Below are positions 1 to 11,920 of a DNA stretch of 64,000 nucleotides, one piece after another (the stretch's first letter is position 1; every line of letters starts with the position of its first letter). The position numbers and the translations under genes were made by a program. The DNA comes from Cyanidioschyzon merolae (Eukaryota). The stretch is from NCBI GenBank assembly GCA_000091205.1, contig AP006493.2; one strand, given 5' to 3'. The notes below the pieces were generated by a model. The model did no database searches and was not told the DNA's origin. It was given only the letters and a program-made list of their open reading frames with translations.

Positions 1-1067
1 TCGCCTCAAAGCGTATTTGCAGCCATTTGCAGGCGGAATGGAAAGCGCATCACACAGCAAAGGTGCCAAAACTAAGAAACCAGTTCGCGCGTGCAATGTG
101 CAGCTCGTCAAGCGACCCACGAGCGCATGCCATTAGGATATTATCACGAATTCTCGTGGCTGGACTTGAGCATTACTTAACAGGAAGGACTGCCCGCTCG
201 TCTACAGAACCGTCTGATCGGCACGCACGCTCTGTAGAAAAGCAACAACAGCACAATGGTGAATTAGAAAACGCTACACGAATAGCACAAGCAAAATATT
301 CTATGGTGCGAGATCGATGAATCTCTACAGGTTACCTAAACCGAGGTAGTTGCTGGCGGCAACCCGAGAAACGCGCACGGAGCTCGTTTGTTTGCCCGTT
401 ACGACGCATTCGCCGCGTGCCCCGCACCAAACATACCCTTTTCTCTTCCTGCCTCCGGTGCAACGAAGAACCTCCCTTTGGGAATTGCTCCCAAGCGACG
501 CTCAACCTGAAAAATGACAAAGGTGCGTCATCCAAAGTCCAAGCGAGACTGCAGTAATAAGGGATCATGCCGAATGACCAAGTCTGGAAGACGTCTTCCG
601 GAACGGAAACCCGTATTCGGTGTGCATGAGACTTTGCGATCTCAAATGCTTGCCACTTCGTGTCTTTCTTTCCAAAATAAGTCACTCCAGGACCAGATGT
701 ATGAGAGGTTGACCATGTAACATCAGATGCAGGTGCAAATCTGCAGGAAGATAATCTGTTATTCAAGTTCAATGGTTTGAACAAGCTTTTCCGCGGATCT
801 ACAAGCGCTACGGGAAAAAATCGAGTCCAGGCGATGCGGCGTTTCGCTGCAGTCGAGCACCGGCCCAGGTGATCTTAAAATTAGCCTCTCGAACGGGCTT
901 CGTAGCGCTCCGTGGCTTCGTCAACGCTGCTTCGTGCTGGAACGGCGCACGAGTCCTTTTTCTTCGTTCTGTCTGCGTTGCGATAGACCGATGCGGGAAT
1001 GTCTCGAGCGCGGTCATAGCTGGCCTGTATTCTCGTCACGCTCAGCGCTGGGCGCGGTTCCAGAAAG

Positions 1068-2783
1068 ATGAGTAACCGCAGCAGAGCAGACACGACAGGC
1101 TGCGTTGCGAGCTGGGTCCTCCAGTTTGCTGTTGCAGAGAGTCACGGTAAACACAACTATTTCGCTGAGTTCGCGCCTTGCGTGGAAAAGTCCGCGACGG
1201 ATCGAAGTTCCGCACAAGTGAGCGCCCAGTGGCAAGCTCGGCATACGGCAGGTGTCGGCGGACATAACGAGCAAAGATTTTTGTTAGCAACCTGTGGAGG
1301 GCCAGGCGCACGAGTATACGCTGCACCCACGGGTGAACCCGCTGTTCAAGATCTTCAGTTGCTCGTTTCATATGCAAGTTCTCTTCCAAGAGCTGATACT
1401 GACGAGTGTTTCTGTTGTACGTGGGCATTCGAGGAAGCGACCAGCGACGTTCTCCTGTGTTTGGGGTATGAAAGCGGTATCATTCGGGTCGTACATTTAT
1501 CCAACGATTCTCTGTGTCACACGTTGCTGGGTCACAGCGGGGCGGTGCACTGCCTCCGGTCCTGTCCGAAACGGCCTTCGTGGCTGCTGTCGGCGAGCAA
1601 GGATGAATCGCTGCGCCTTTGGGACTTGGGGACCGGAAATTGCTTTGCAATTTTTTGCGGACTACAAGGGCATCGTGGAGAAGTTCTTTTTTGCGACTGG
1701 CATCGCAGTGGCGAAAAGTTTGTCTCTTGTGGAATGGACGGCACAGTGCGGGTATGGAATATTGACGCGAAAGTGTTGCAGTCATTCGAAATGCAGAGAA
1801 GAAGAGCTTGCGTTGCGGAGCGCGCTGGAGAGGGCGCCAGGCATTCCGCTGCACTGCCGAAATTTCCGAGCAGTGCGCCCCAAAAAGTCACAGATCCGAC
1901 GCCACAAAAAGTGCTCTTCCGTGGAATACCAGGGGAAGTTGAGACTCCTGTGGCACCTCCTCATCCATCGAAGCGTCATCGTAGAAGAAGGAATGCTGTT
2001 GGTGTTGCACAAGCAGCGCCCCAAACGCTCGATGTGCCCAGAAATCTGGCATGCCCGTCAAGGGAAAATGCGAGCCCCTACGAGACTGAGCGCACCAGTT
2101 CTCCAGCCACAACGCCAAAGAAGATACCGAGCCCACGGCGCCCGAGTGCCTTGCGCCATTTCAATCGGAGCCCGGAAACGAGTGCAGCTGCAGACTTGGA
2201 ACGTATCCCATATACGACCGCGCCATTGGTTGATGGCGTTACGCTGGATGCCCCTGCACGGGGCGTACCTCCTCCGATGACTCTCGGCGATGATGCGGTG
2301 CGACAAGCCGCAGGTTCGCGCACCCGCCGCTATGTCGAGTTTGTTCAGTTTCCAGACCAGGTGTTCCGCTTTGTTCACGGGAACTATGTAGACTGCGTCG
2401 CCTATGTCGGGGATTTGATTCTATCCAAGTCGGTACATAGCAAGATTGTGCTCTGGGCTCCTGGTATGGATGATCGCGGTTTGCTTCCATCATCGAGCGA
2501 GCACCGCGTTCTTATTGAGTACCGATATCGAGGCGGTGATCTCTGGTATATTCGATTTGCGGTGGACCCCATGCAAACTTTGCTTGCCGTAGGCTCAAGA
2601 ATGGGTACTATTTATGTATTCCAGGTGGATGATCCAGGCGGCAAACCTATCGCTTGCCTGACGCATCCGCAAGCCACTGCTGCAGTGCGACATGTCGCGT
2701 TCAGCCCCGACGGGAAGATGATCCTGGCAGTTTGTGATGACAGCACCGTTTGGCGGTGGGATATAGAGTCGTTGACGCGCTGA
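1068..2783 (+). CDS. EED: Polycomb PRC2 WD40 subunit (EED/ESC/FIE family)
   Basis: 571-aa intronless ORF. WD40 repeats with 'LLGHSGAVHCLRSCP..LLSASKDESLRLWDLGTGNCFAIFCGLQGHRGEVLFCDWHRSGEKFVSCGMDGTVRVWNI' aligning to the human EED block '[76 protein letters not shown]'; C-terminal 'ILSKSVHSKIVLWAP' matches EED 'ILSKSCENAIVCWKP'. The N-terminal ~110 aa may be extension, so the true start could be internal. Confidence 0.8.
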   Translation: MSNRSRADTTGCVASWVLQFAVAESHGKHNYFAEFAPCVEKSATDRSSAQVSAQWQARHTAGVGGHNEQRFLLATCGGPGARVYAAPTGEPAVQDLQLLVSYASSLPRADTDECFCCTWAFEEATSDVLLCLGYESGIIRVVHLSNDSLCHTLLGHSGAVHCLRSCPKRPSWLLSASKDESLRLWDLGTGNCFAIFCGLQGHRGEVLFCDWHRSGEKFVSCGMDGTVRVWNIDAKVLQSFEMQRRRACVAERAGEGARHSAALPKFPSSAPQKVTDPTPQKVLFRGIPGEVETPVAPPHPSKRHRRRRNAVGVAQAAPQTLDVPRNLACPSRENASPYETERTSSPATTPKKIPSPRRPSALRHFNRSPETSAAADLERIPYTTAPLVDGVTLDAPARGVPPPMTLGDDAVRQAAGSRTRRYVEFVQFPDQVFRFVHGNYVDCVAYVGDLILSKSVHSKIVLWAPGMDDRGLLPSSSEHRVLIEYRYRGGDLWYIRFAVDPMQTLLAVGSRMGTIYVFQVDDPGGKPIACLTHPQATAAVRHVAFSPDGKMILAVCDDSTVWRWDIESLTR

Positions 2784-3707
2784 AATTTCACACGGCGCTC
2801 GCAGCTGCTTAGCTATGATGACTGTTCTTTAGCCAGTCATCCGTGTTCGTCTGAATCACAATATTCAGGGGCGCTGATGATTTAGTCGAGGGTTCTGTAC
2901 ACTGCTTCGTACAATCATAACGAACGCGAACTCGTATTTCTGTCAGTCAATTTTGAATAGATAGAGCACTGCATGCAGGTTCTGCCGTTGCCACAACGGC
3001 AAGATTGCGCTGCGGTTCGTCGGGATTCTTGATTGCGGCTGCATACTCGACGACCATCGTATCAGCTCCACGCTAGGCAACGTATGGTTCAAGAATGAAG
3101 CAGCGCTCAAGCGCCATAAAATAGCCGACGCCGTGTCTCCGTCCTCAAAGTCGACCGCGATCTCGCATCCGACAGACTCTGATTACATGCTTCAGATCGA
3201 TGCCGTTTAAATCACAGGCAGCGCACCTGCAGCACAATCTCCACACAGACACAGCCATTGTGTTCGTATTCCACTGCGATGCATTTAAATCGAGTAATAG
3301 GTTCTATGAGGGACAGCTAGCTGGATGAGAAAATCAAAAGTCTAGAACCTCTCAGTACCCCACTGAGCTTCAAACAGTATCTAGAAGCTTCTGGGGCATT
3401 TTGGATCGGTTCTGAGACCGTATCCATAAACGCATTCGCGTCGCCGAGGTCGACGCACTCGACATGCTAAGCTCTCCCATTACTCGAAATATGCATAAAG
3501 TATTAATATCTTTCGTAGAAAGCGCTCGCACTGCATCTTCATGCTCCCAGTAGCGATCAAAACTGATCTCATGAGCGCTGCACGCGATGCCTGCCGTCCC
3601 TTTTAAATAGAGCAATTCATCCACTTGATGCATTAAATGGCTGCCATTCTGAGAATCCATAGTTAGCGTGAATATTCGCGCAGTGAAAAATCCTGATCAC
3701 GTGTGCT

Positions 3708-4664
3708 TCAAATATAATGTATGTGCTGCGGATCCTCAGGTTCGCTCAAGAATGACGCGTCCGCATTACGAGCCAGGCGCCAGACATCGGAAGTTCGTTC
3801 CTCATCAGCGTCTCTCGAAGCGCCCGTATCCGCAATACGAGCATCCAAGACACATTCACACACGGCGCAATATCCTACCCAGTTCACCTTGGTGTGCTTG
3901 CCGCATAGGCCCTTGGTCATGAGCTCAACAGAAATGCCGTGACCGACAACAAGGATGTCACCCTCTTTGTACCTTTCCGTGATCAACTGGATGGCTTTTC
4001 TGCAACGCTGCGTTATCTGGTGAATATCCTCTGGAAACTCAGCCACGACGAGAGACCGATGCGACTCCAGGTCAAGCCGCGGCAGCTGGGCTTTCCACTC
4101 AGCTAAGGGCGTGAGCTCTGGGGCACGTTCCCCGAACCACTCGGCGTGCAACCACTCACTCGCCCCGTGCTCAACGTACAAAGGCAGCTCGAGCTCTTCC
4201 GCAACAACATGTGCTGTCTCCAGCGTTCGCGCAAACGGCGAGCTCAGAATCGTACGAATGTTGCCCGCAGACCGGAGGAAAACACCCAGCTCGCGTGCTT
4301 GACGGCGACCTCGGTCCGTAAGCGGTGGGTCTTGCGGATATGTCGCTCGCTCACCCCACGTGCGATCCACATGGTCTATGCGCTCGCCATGTCGTGCGAT
4401 GAAAACACGACGGAAGACGCTAGTTGCGTTCTCCATGGAAACGCCCGCAAAAGGCACCTCGAAAAGCGGCACTCTGAGCGCCTGCGCGGCAATGCACGCA
4501 CTGAACACTGCCCCGCCGCCGAAGATGACGATGACACTCCAACGCGATGCTTGCAATCGATGCAGATGCATTGAGGCGTTCGATGCGCGTAGCTTGTGGA
4601 GGCGCCTGGGTAGCGCTCTACATCCCTGGAACAGTGGTGGTAGCAACCCAGATAACGATTGCAT
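3708..4664 (-). CDS. histidine phosphatase superfamily protein (phosphoglycerate mutase-like branch)
   Basis: 'VFIARHGERIDHVDRTW' RHG catalytic motif, 'LTDRGRRQARELG', and second His motif 'ILVVGHGISVEL'. The likely real start is the internal 'MENATS' near 4436; the upstream 76 aa may be 5' leader read-through. Confidence 0.65.
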   Translation of the reverse strand: MQSLSGLLPPLFQGCRALPRRLHKLRASNASMHLHRLQASRWSVIVIFGGGAVFSACIAAQALRVPLFEVPFAGVSMENATSVFRRVFIARHGERIDHVDRTWGERATYPQDPPLTDRGRRQARELGVFLRSAGNIRTILSSPFARTLETAHVVAEELELPLYVEHGASEWLHAEWFGERAPELTPLAEWKAQLPRLDLESHRSLVVAEFPEDIHQITQRCRKAIQLITERYKEGDILVVGHGISVELMTKGLCGKHTKVNWVGYCAVCECVLDARIADTGASRDADEERTSDVWRLARNADASFLSEPEDPQHIHYI

Positions 4665-5651
4665 GTCTCACGCAATATGCAGGAGCTGCCTACGTTCGTC
4701 ACGAGAAGGAATAAGCATGCGACCGGGTGCTGGTGGCTGCAGGTTCTGGAGCCTGTTCGGGCGCAGCGCCACAGACGTTGGGTGACGCTCTGCGTGCTCT
4801 GCGCGGCTGTTATGCTGGGGGTGCTCGCAACATTTGGGCTTGTTCGCGACTTGCTGGCGGCTAGGCTCGAGAATCCGTCAGCGCATGCCCGAGGCAGTGA
4901 GGCGGCTGCGTCCTCACCTCTTTCACAGCTGAAACACCTCATCATTGTTGCGGGCAACGCCGTGTACACTGGGTCCAACTTTGCTTCTGCCAGTGATGAC
5001 CATCAGTGGTACCTTGAAGACTACCAGAAAGGTCAAGGTCTCGTGTTCCTTCAGCATCTACGCAGAGGTATTGAAATAGCACAGGCGGATCCACAGGCTT
5101 TGCTGTTGTTTTCGGGGGGAAAGACAAGGTTGGAAGCTGGGCCGCTGAGTGAAGCTGAGAGCTACTGGCGTCTGGCCAGTGCTCAAGCGTGGTGTGGCCA
5201 CGCGGAAGGCGTTTCCGGCAGGGTACTCACCGAAGACTTTGCTCGAGACTCGTTCGAGAACCTCCTTTTTTCAATATGCCGCTTTCGCCAGCTCACTGGA
5301 AACTACCCTCGCAACATCACGATGATCTCGCTCGAGCTGAAGCGCAAACGCATAGAGACGCAGCACCGAACAGCAATACGCTACCCAGCGGCTCAGTTTC
5401 GCTTCATTAGTACAGAAGAAGCATTACATTTTGGCGGGCCAGTGCCGGATTCGATGCCCGCCGATAGGGCGCTTGCGGCCTTCGCTACAGATCCATACGG
5501 ATGCCTGCACGAGGAGTTGCTGGAAAAGCGAAGGAAACGAAATCCCTTTCATGTGGTGATTCCGTACCCGTCCGGCTGTCCGGAAATCGCCCGCCTCATT
5601 CGATACTGTGGACGGAATATTTTCAAAGGGCGATTGCCGTGGGATCCCTGA
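4659..5651 (+). CDS. DUF218 (YdcF/SanA-like) domain protein
   Basis: 'LIIVAGNAVYTG..GIEIAQADPQALLLFSGGKTR..SEAESYWRLASAQ' resembles the DUF218 core (VLGgg...R...a..L......ivSGG). N-terminal hydrophobic segment 'VMLGVLATFGLV'. The start may be an internal Met. Confidence 0.45.
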   Translation: MHVSRNMQELPTFVTRRNKHATGCWWLQVLEPVRAQRHRRWVTLCVLCAAVMLGVLATFGLVRDLLAARLENPSAHARGSEAAASSPLSQLKHLIIVAGNAVYTGSNFASASDDHQWYLEDYQKGQGLVFLQHLRRGIEIAQADPQALLLFSGGKTRLEAGPLSEAESYWRLASAQAWCGHAEGVSGRVLTEDFARDSFENLLFSICRFRQLTGNYPRNITMISLELKRKRIETQHRTAIRYPAAQFRFISTEEALHFGGPVPDSMPADRALAAFATDPYGCLHEELLEKRRKRNPFHVVIPYPSGCPEIARLIRYCGRNIFKGRLPWDP

Positions 5652-6305
5652 GCTAGCAGGTGCACTTCTATCCGCTCATTCGGCTCTTAAAAGCGAAAGA
5701 GGTGCCTTCAGCTTGTGCAGCTTGCCCGCTTTCCACAGCGTTTTTTTGTAAAGTGTTTCGGAAAGGTCTGTGCCGCACGCATGGTAATGGCGAGCTGCGT
5801 GATTCGTCTCCCGCAACCATGCATCCTGAATTCGAAATTCGCTAGACTTGTATGTGGAGCCTTTCGCGCCCCGAAAACCCACCAAGCGAAGGCGCGCCGG
5901 TGGTGCTCCACGCACGTATCCGACAACCGCAATATGCGAAAGTGACCGTGACTGCAAACTTCAGGCACGAAAGCACCGCATCCATTTATCCTTGCAGTAT
6001 TTTGTTCTTTAACAGGCATAAGATCTGGAAAAATGTTTCGTTGTGTTCTCCAGCTCCGATTGGGCATATTCCGTCGACAAGTGCTGACACGTCTACGCTT
6101 CATGTCGCGGAGAGTCCTCGGCCCAGCCGCGCGCGCTGTACCTCGCGCACCGATGCATCGCGTCGCACCGCTGTGCCATTCTGGTCTTTTTTGCAATCCC
6201 AGGCGGAAACCGCTTTTGCGCTGAGAGTTTCGACCATATTCTCAACAGTGCCGTTGTAGAATAACTGGGCAACGTAATCGTTGGGGGAGCGTACACTCTA
6301 CGAAC

Positions 6306-6896
6306 ATGATCAAAACGCGTGTCACAGCTTTCGTGCAACTCCCGGTTAGCGCTCAGTCGGGGCGTGCTGCCAGAGTGAACGCGCCGCGCAAGCACCGGCT
6401 GCAATCTCGAAAGTTCGTGCTCCATAGCGAGCTTCGTGTGGACCGTCGTGTTTTTCTGCGAAATAGTCTTGCGGTGTTTCTCGGGAGCCTCACCGCTGCT
6501 TTCTCTGCTTCGCGCACCGACTGGGGCGCGCAACCTGCAAACGCAGAAGTACTACGTCACGCAGCGCCGGGCTACGAGCTGCACGGCGACTACCACGAAG
6601 ACGCAACGCAGGTTGTGCAGTCGATGCGAACAGTAACTAGGTTGGAGCGGGGGACTCCTGGAATGAAAGAGAAAGTAGACGCAACTCGGAAGCAAATGAA
6701 CGATTTTGTCGCGCTTTACAGGAGGAACCCAAACGTTGCAGGGGCCGTGTCTTTCTCAACGCTGTATACTGCGATAAATACGCTGGCGGGTCATTTTGCA
6801 AGCTATGGCAGTACGTATCCTGTGCCGGAGAAAAGGAAAAAGCGCTTGGAGCAACAGCTCAATGACGTGGAGAGGGCCCTTAGTCGAGGTCGCTAG
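6306..6896 (+). CDS. psb27: Photosystem II assembly lipoprotein Psb27, thylakoid-lumen targeted
   Basis: 'HGDYHEDATQVVQSMR..MNDFVALYRRNPNVAGAVSFSTLYTAINTLAGHFASYGSTYPVPEKRKKRLEQQLNDVERALSRGR' matches the cyanobacterial/plastid Psb27 C-terminal signature (GDYxxDT..., INDYISRYRR...SFTTMQTALNSLAGYY.SYG...PEKLKKRL). A bipartite presequence ends in twin-arginine 'DRRVFLRNSLAVFLGSLTAAFSA' (RR at about 6444-6449), a Tat-type lumenal signal. Confidence 0.8.
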   Translation: MIKTRVTAFVQLPVSAQSGRAARVNAPRKHRLQSRKFVLHSELRVDRRVFLRNSLAVFLGSLTAAFSASRTDWGAQPANAEVLRHAAPGYELHGDYHEDATQVVQSMRTVTRLERGTPGMKEKVDATRKQMNDFVALYRRNPNVAGAVSFSTLYTAINTLAGHFASYGSTYPVPEKRKKRLEQQLNDVERALSRGR

Positions 6897-8235
6897 ACAG
6901 ATTTAGTTCGTGAGCTATTATCCGCTACGGACTGGTGGTAAACGGGAGCATCTAATCGCGTTAAACATGTATGCATAACTGGAATTCCATTCTAGCAGCC
7001 CATCGAAGACGAGGCAGAGAGATAGAAACGAATGCAGTCCTTGTGCGCGCACGAAGCGCTGCATAACCAACGTCCACTGCCCTGGCTATCTACAAACCCA
7101 TGTTCGAGGGCGTTTTCTTTGATGCTTCTACCAACAACCATAAAGGTATGGAGATGGGTGCGCATGTCGTAGTTCAATTTTGCAGATCTCTAGAAACCTA
7201 TATCTAACTGTTTAGGAGCCAAAGCGTGCATAGGATCTCTGCTTTGGAACTGCAACGTAACGTCCTGCTGTGCATGGAGCATCGTATGCGCTGTGTGGCG
7301 AGCCGCATACTACGATATTCTTTAGTTTGCGGATATGGAGCACGTAGCAGCGGTGTCGGGGAACTCGTTGCGTTGTCAGCGTTTCAAGTGCAAGACCCTG
7401 GATCATATGGACCGCGAGTTGTGGTTAGCACCCTATCAGATGCGTCTCATGGGAACCAGCGCATTTTCCACTGCCTGCGTGAGCAAGCAGAAACGTGCAA
7501 AGACGCCATATGCACATTTTTCGGCTTTCGACACGAAGCACGCACTTGAAGCGAGTTGCTACACATCGTGCCTCCCTGGAACAAGCATACTTCCATGAGC
7601 AGCTGCATGTTTTCTTTATGGACGATCCGCGCAGCGCAACGATTTGATCACAAAACCTCCTTCATCTTTTTAACATCGCATCGTTCGTGGATTCACATAG
7701 CAGGCGCGCTCTTTCCAGTTAACGCGTTACAGTCCAGGTTCCCTTTTGCCTGTTCCCCAGTCGAAGTTATCGTTCCGCTGTGTGTCGTGGTTGATGAAGG
7801 GCATAATCAGCAGCGCCCGTGCACATGCAAGATTCAGTTCCCATTTCGACAGCACTCGTCCAGCATGTTCTGAAAAGTTTCTCCGCAGACAGTTTCCGCA
7901 CGTACTGCGCAGCACCGAGTGCACCTGCGCTGGCACAACGCGTTCCCGCATATCGTTCGGCAGCTAGTCGGGCGCCCCATCGCATTAATTCCTACTTAGT
8001 CAGTAAGACACGCCTCAATTTGCAACTTTAAAAAAAGGGACAGCAACCTGAGTTCCATATTGCCCGCGGGTAAGCACACGGCCTACACGCCACATCCGCT
8101 CCTATCGGCATTCTGCAGACGTGCGTCTATGCGCCGCAGAGCCATTCCATCTTCCGAGCAACGACCGCGGCAGCAGCGGCCATTCGCATTTCAGGCGTTT
8201 CCAGTCGGACTCGTTGGCATCGTTAAGAGGGTCCC

Positions 8236-8826
8236 ATGCAGCGCCTAAAGTCTCTGCTAACCGCATCACTATATCCCAGGTCGATCGATTCGGGGCAAGT
8301 CTCCAGATATGGCCGACGAGCTTTCAGCACGGAGCTTGAAAAGGGAGGAGCTGGTGAAGTGGCGCCGTTGGACTTGAAATCCCTCGCAGAGAACGCTGAC
8401 CCGGAGACTTTGGCTGAAATCAACCGGCTTCGTCAGGCAATCAATGAACTTCACGCCCAGTTCACTGTGCCAAGCAACGCTGAAAATCTTGACTGGGCCC
8501 AGTGGGAGGGCAGACTCCTCTCAAAAGGTCTCGTTACTTCGATGCGCAAAGCGTTCGAGTCCCTGCAACCGCCGGAACTCGAGAAGGAGCGCCAGGAGCT
8601 CTTGCGACAGATTGACTCCAGTTTTGAGCCGCTGATAAAGCAAGCACAAGAGCTAGCGAAAGATGCAGAGGCTCGTTTAAAAGCTCTTGACGATATGCTT
8701 AAAGAGCTCGACGGACTCCAAAAGAATCTACCACGCCTTACGGTTGATGAGCTCATGGCGAAACGGCCCGACTTGGCGAGCGAAGTTGAGTCCGATTTGA
8801 AGCAGTCGAAATGGTTCAGGCTGTAA
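8236..8826 (+). CDS. mitochondrial F1Fo-ATP synthase subunit d (plant ATPQ-like)
   Basis: 196 aa with N-terminal presequence 'MQRLKSLLTASLYPRS..RRAFS'. 'LDWAQWEGRL..', 'LTVDELMAKRPDLASEV' and C-terminal 'DLKQSKWFRL' parallel plant subunit d 'IDWDYYRKGI..', 'MTADEYFEKHPELKKKF', '..RNDNWGY'. Confidence 0.5.
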   Translation: MQRLKSLLTASLYPRSIDSGQVSRYGRRAFSTELEKGGAGEVAPLDLKSLAENADPETLAEINRLRQAINELHAQFTVPSNAENLDWAQWEGRLLSKGLVTSMRKAFESLQPPELEKERQELLRQIDSSFEPLIKQAQELAKDAEARLKALDDMLKELDGLQKNLPRLTVDELMAKRPDLASEVESDLKQSKWFRL

Positions 8827-11800
8827 GTTTCGAGTCCGCAGGATATGCTTTCGTGCTGCCGAGCATGCCCCTCTGTCAGACTCTGGTCCAGGCGCAAGAC
8901 CCGGAAGCATGCGAGCGAGGTGCTCGTTATCCGTCGCTTGGAGACGAGGTCATCAATGGTGATTCAAGCTGCCTATGCAGCGAGATCGAGAGCGGTCTGT
9001 TTGCGCACTACACGGCTATGTAATCCAGGTATCAAAAGGAGGCACGTGAATAAATCCATGGAGCTGGCGTGGTTTGTTATCCGTACACTGCTTCGTCTTC
9101 ACGGCATCTGTCGGGCCACTGTATTCGTCCATACTCGCCACAACAGTGCGTTTCATCTCTTGGAAGAATTTGGCAAACCTCAGCATCGGTGGTAGGATCC
9201 AGATTCTTGTGACTCCAGCTCAATGACGTGGAATGTTCAGCGGGCTCGAGGGTCGCACCGCAGATGGTGTTGAGAATTGAGGATAAGCGGCGGTTTCGAG
9301 GCCGCGGAGCCCATTGTTTCTGACGGCAACGATACAGGAAAACTCTCTAACGCTCTGGATGACCTAGTAAAAGATATGAGTGAAACGCAACTTTTGTAGA
9401 AGCTTCAACGGCGGCAACGCAATTGGCCTCAGTGAATTCCCCATGCATCCCTGTTTACTTGCAATTCCATACGGAATATCGCCAGGATGTTTCGAAATCG
9501 AATGTCTGCACTCGGACTGCATCTTTCGATGCGCTATATGTTTCGCGACATGCGTTCTTGGCACCGTGCCTGCATCCGATACGAATATCGATCCACATTT
9601 TCCAATGCCTCAGACACCACTCCGTGAGCAATGCTTTGATTTAATCGTAGTCGCTCCGGGGAACTAGATGTCTATACAACTATGTCCTTGATTTTGCTCC
9701 ATGAACGCGTGCAACTCTATTTGCCCACCTAATAATGAACAGCGGGAGCTGCAGGCATGGAAATCTGCAGGTTCGGCTATGCTTCCGTCGTGAGCGCCAC
9801 GGCGACGTATATCCGTACGCGCTCTTCATGTTGACGTGATGTACAGTGCCACCTTCGCCAAGGAATACTCCATGGGTTCCACAGCGCGCCTGAAAGCATC
9901 AGAGACCCATTCATCGCGGTATGAATCAGAAGACTTTCCGAATTTTCCTCTTTCCAACGGGATCGAGCACTCGATCTCCTACCGATGGTGGACGCCTCGC
10001 GTCTAAAGCGAGCTTCAGATCCAACTATTGAGAAAGGATCGGCGAGCTCGAGATGCAATCTCAGAATTTCATTGGCACTGAATCATATCACATATACGAA
10101 TCAAACACCAGAAAAGGTGTCGAGAACCGAGCTTTCGGGAAAAAAGCTGATCAAGCTGCAGCGGCACGGCCGACCTCCGTTGTCGCGGTGATACCACTCA
10201 TATCCAGAGGCGAGCGTTGCTCGACGACATGAGATAACCCTTTCATTCCTAGCCTTGTTTCAAAATACGTCAAGCCTTTAAGCAGTATCACGAAGTGTTC
10301 ATCGAAATGCGTCTCGATGGAAGCGTCTGAGTACGGCTCGGAGCGGTCTCGCACGGAGCACGCAACAACCGCGTCGTATATTCTATTTCATAGAAAAGTG
10401 CAGCTCGATAATCGTTCACCAGTGACCAAGGGCGCGTGCTGCTAGTGTATATATGCGGTGCTGTAGCCTTGCTGGATCGCTGAACCGTACCATACCCGTG
10501 CTTTGCTCCTGGTGAGAGCTCAATCTCTTCTTTGCTGGCGACAGATATTTTTCATCGCAAGTCGACAGCCTTTCAGTAAAAAACCCACGTTGAGCACGAA
10601 ACAATTACCTCAAAATTTTGCTATAGATAAATCCACTGGACGCTGCGGAACCACGATCCAGATTCGAGTGTTGACCGAGGTGTCAGCTCTCGATGGAGAA
10701 ACTCCGTGCGAGCATGGTTGTTCGTGGAGTCACACAATGGAGCAAGGCTTTCGGCATCGATTGCCGCACCATCTGACTTTCGGTCAGCTTCTCGGACACT
10801 ATCTTATGCATCCGTCTTTTTTCTCACGCTGTCACTGTCCAGCAGTTTCAGCGCGCACTCGATCTCTTGACGCATGTACATTGTCATGAACGCTTCCGGG
10901 GGAATCGTGCAGAATCGATTGCTACTCTCTCATACTATCTCGTCGAAGGAATAAGGAGCCCAGAGTATACGCGCTTCTTGACGTCCAGCGACATGCACTA
11001 TCACTGAACGACGCGACTTACCCGTCAATTCTTTCTTCAGCTTTTTGAACAAGTTCGCGAACGCCCGCTTCTTGCTCGAGTACAACCAAAATCGTCAGGC
11101 GCTCAGCGTGATCTCAGATATTCCGACGAAAGCTCGTCCCCATGAGGCATTTTGACGCTGGTTTTGCGCTCTGAATGAAGCGTCCAGAGTATCCTACTCC
11201 TCAGCTCGCTGCGATGAGTCGAGCGTTGAGATGGGCTCTCACACCGTCTCTGCGTTCCTCGGTATGCTCCCTGGCGCCCTTCATGCATTACTTCCAATGA
11301 TAGTCGGCCCTGGCAAATCTGAACAGCTCCATCTGCGTCCCATTCAGGTTTTTGAAGCCGTCTTCTTGATTTAGCGGCATGGTGCCGTAGATCATGCCGT
11401 ATACCCGGGATCTAGGCAATATCTTTCCTTGCATCTGCTTTGAACGTTCGGAGACGAATCTCGTTGTCCGACCTGGGCCAAGGTTACGCGGAGTGCATGT
11501 GTGCCGATATTCTTTAAATCTTCGTCGTCCTCGTAAACTCTTTTTCATTTCCTCTCAGTAAACGAGAATCCCTGAATATGCTTCTCCTGTGCACTTCGCG
11601 TGGGTGCTCGAATACTTCCCAGTTGCTCGCAGGGACCGGCTCCTTCCTCGCCCTTTCTATCACTTAACGGGGCGGGATCGAAGAATGAACTATTTTCTAT
11701 TACCATTTTTTATCAAGAATTGGGCGGAATGGGTTGGTCGTGGGCCCGGGGCTTTCGCTCTTCATGCACGTACCCGTGATTCCCCAAAATGCCTCATCAT

Positions 11801-11920
11801 CAACTTGTTCGTCGCAAGCACGCCCACGGAACGAAGCGCGTCTTTACATTCCCTCCTGGTGACGAGCAGAGACGCAATAGACCAGTGCAGGGCTGGTGAG
11901 GGTAGCGGATGACTTGTCGG

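Noticed and set aside
1294-2280. 328-aa plus-strand ORF overlapping the EED gene in another frame
   Set aside because: Entirely nested in the WD40 coding region. Its translation is Arg/Cys/Ser-rich with no motifs, typical of off-frame GC-rich read-through.
3370-3660. 96-aa minus-strand ORF just downstream of the histidine phosphatase gene, considered as a possible extra C-terminal exon
   Set aside because: The phosphatase already contains both His motifs and a stop. There is no splice-site evidence and introns are rare in this genome.
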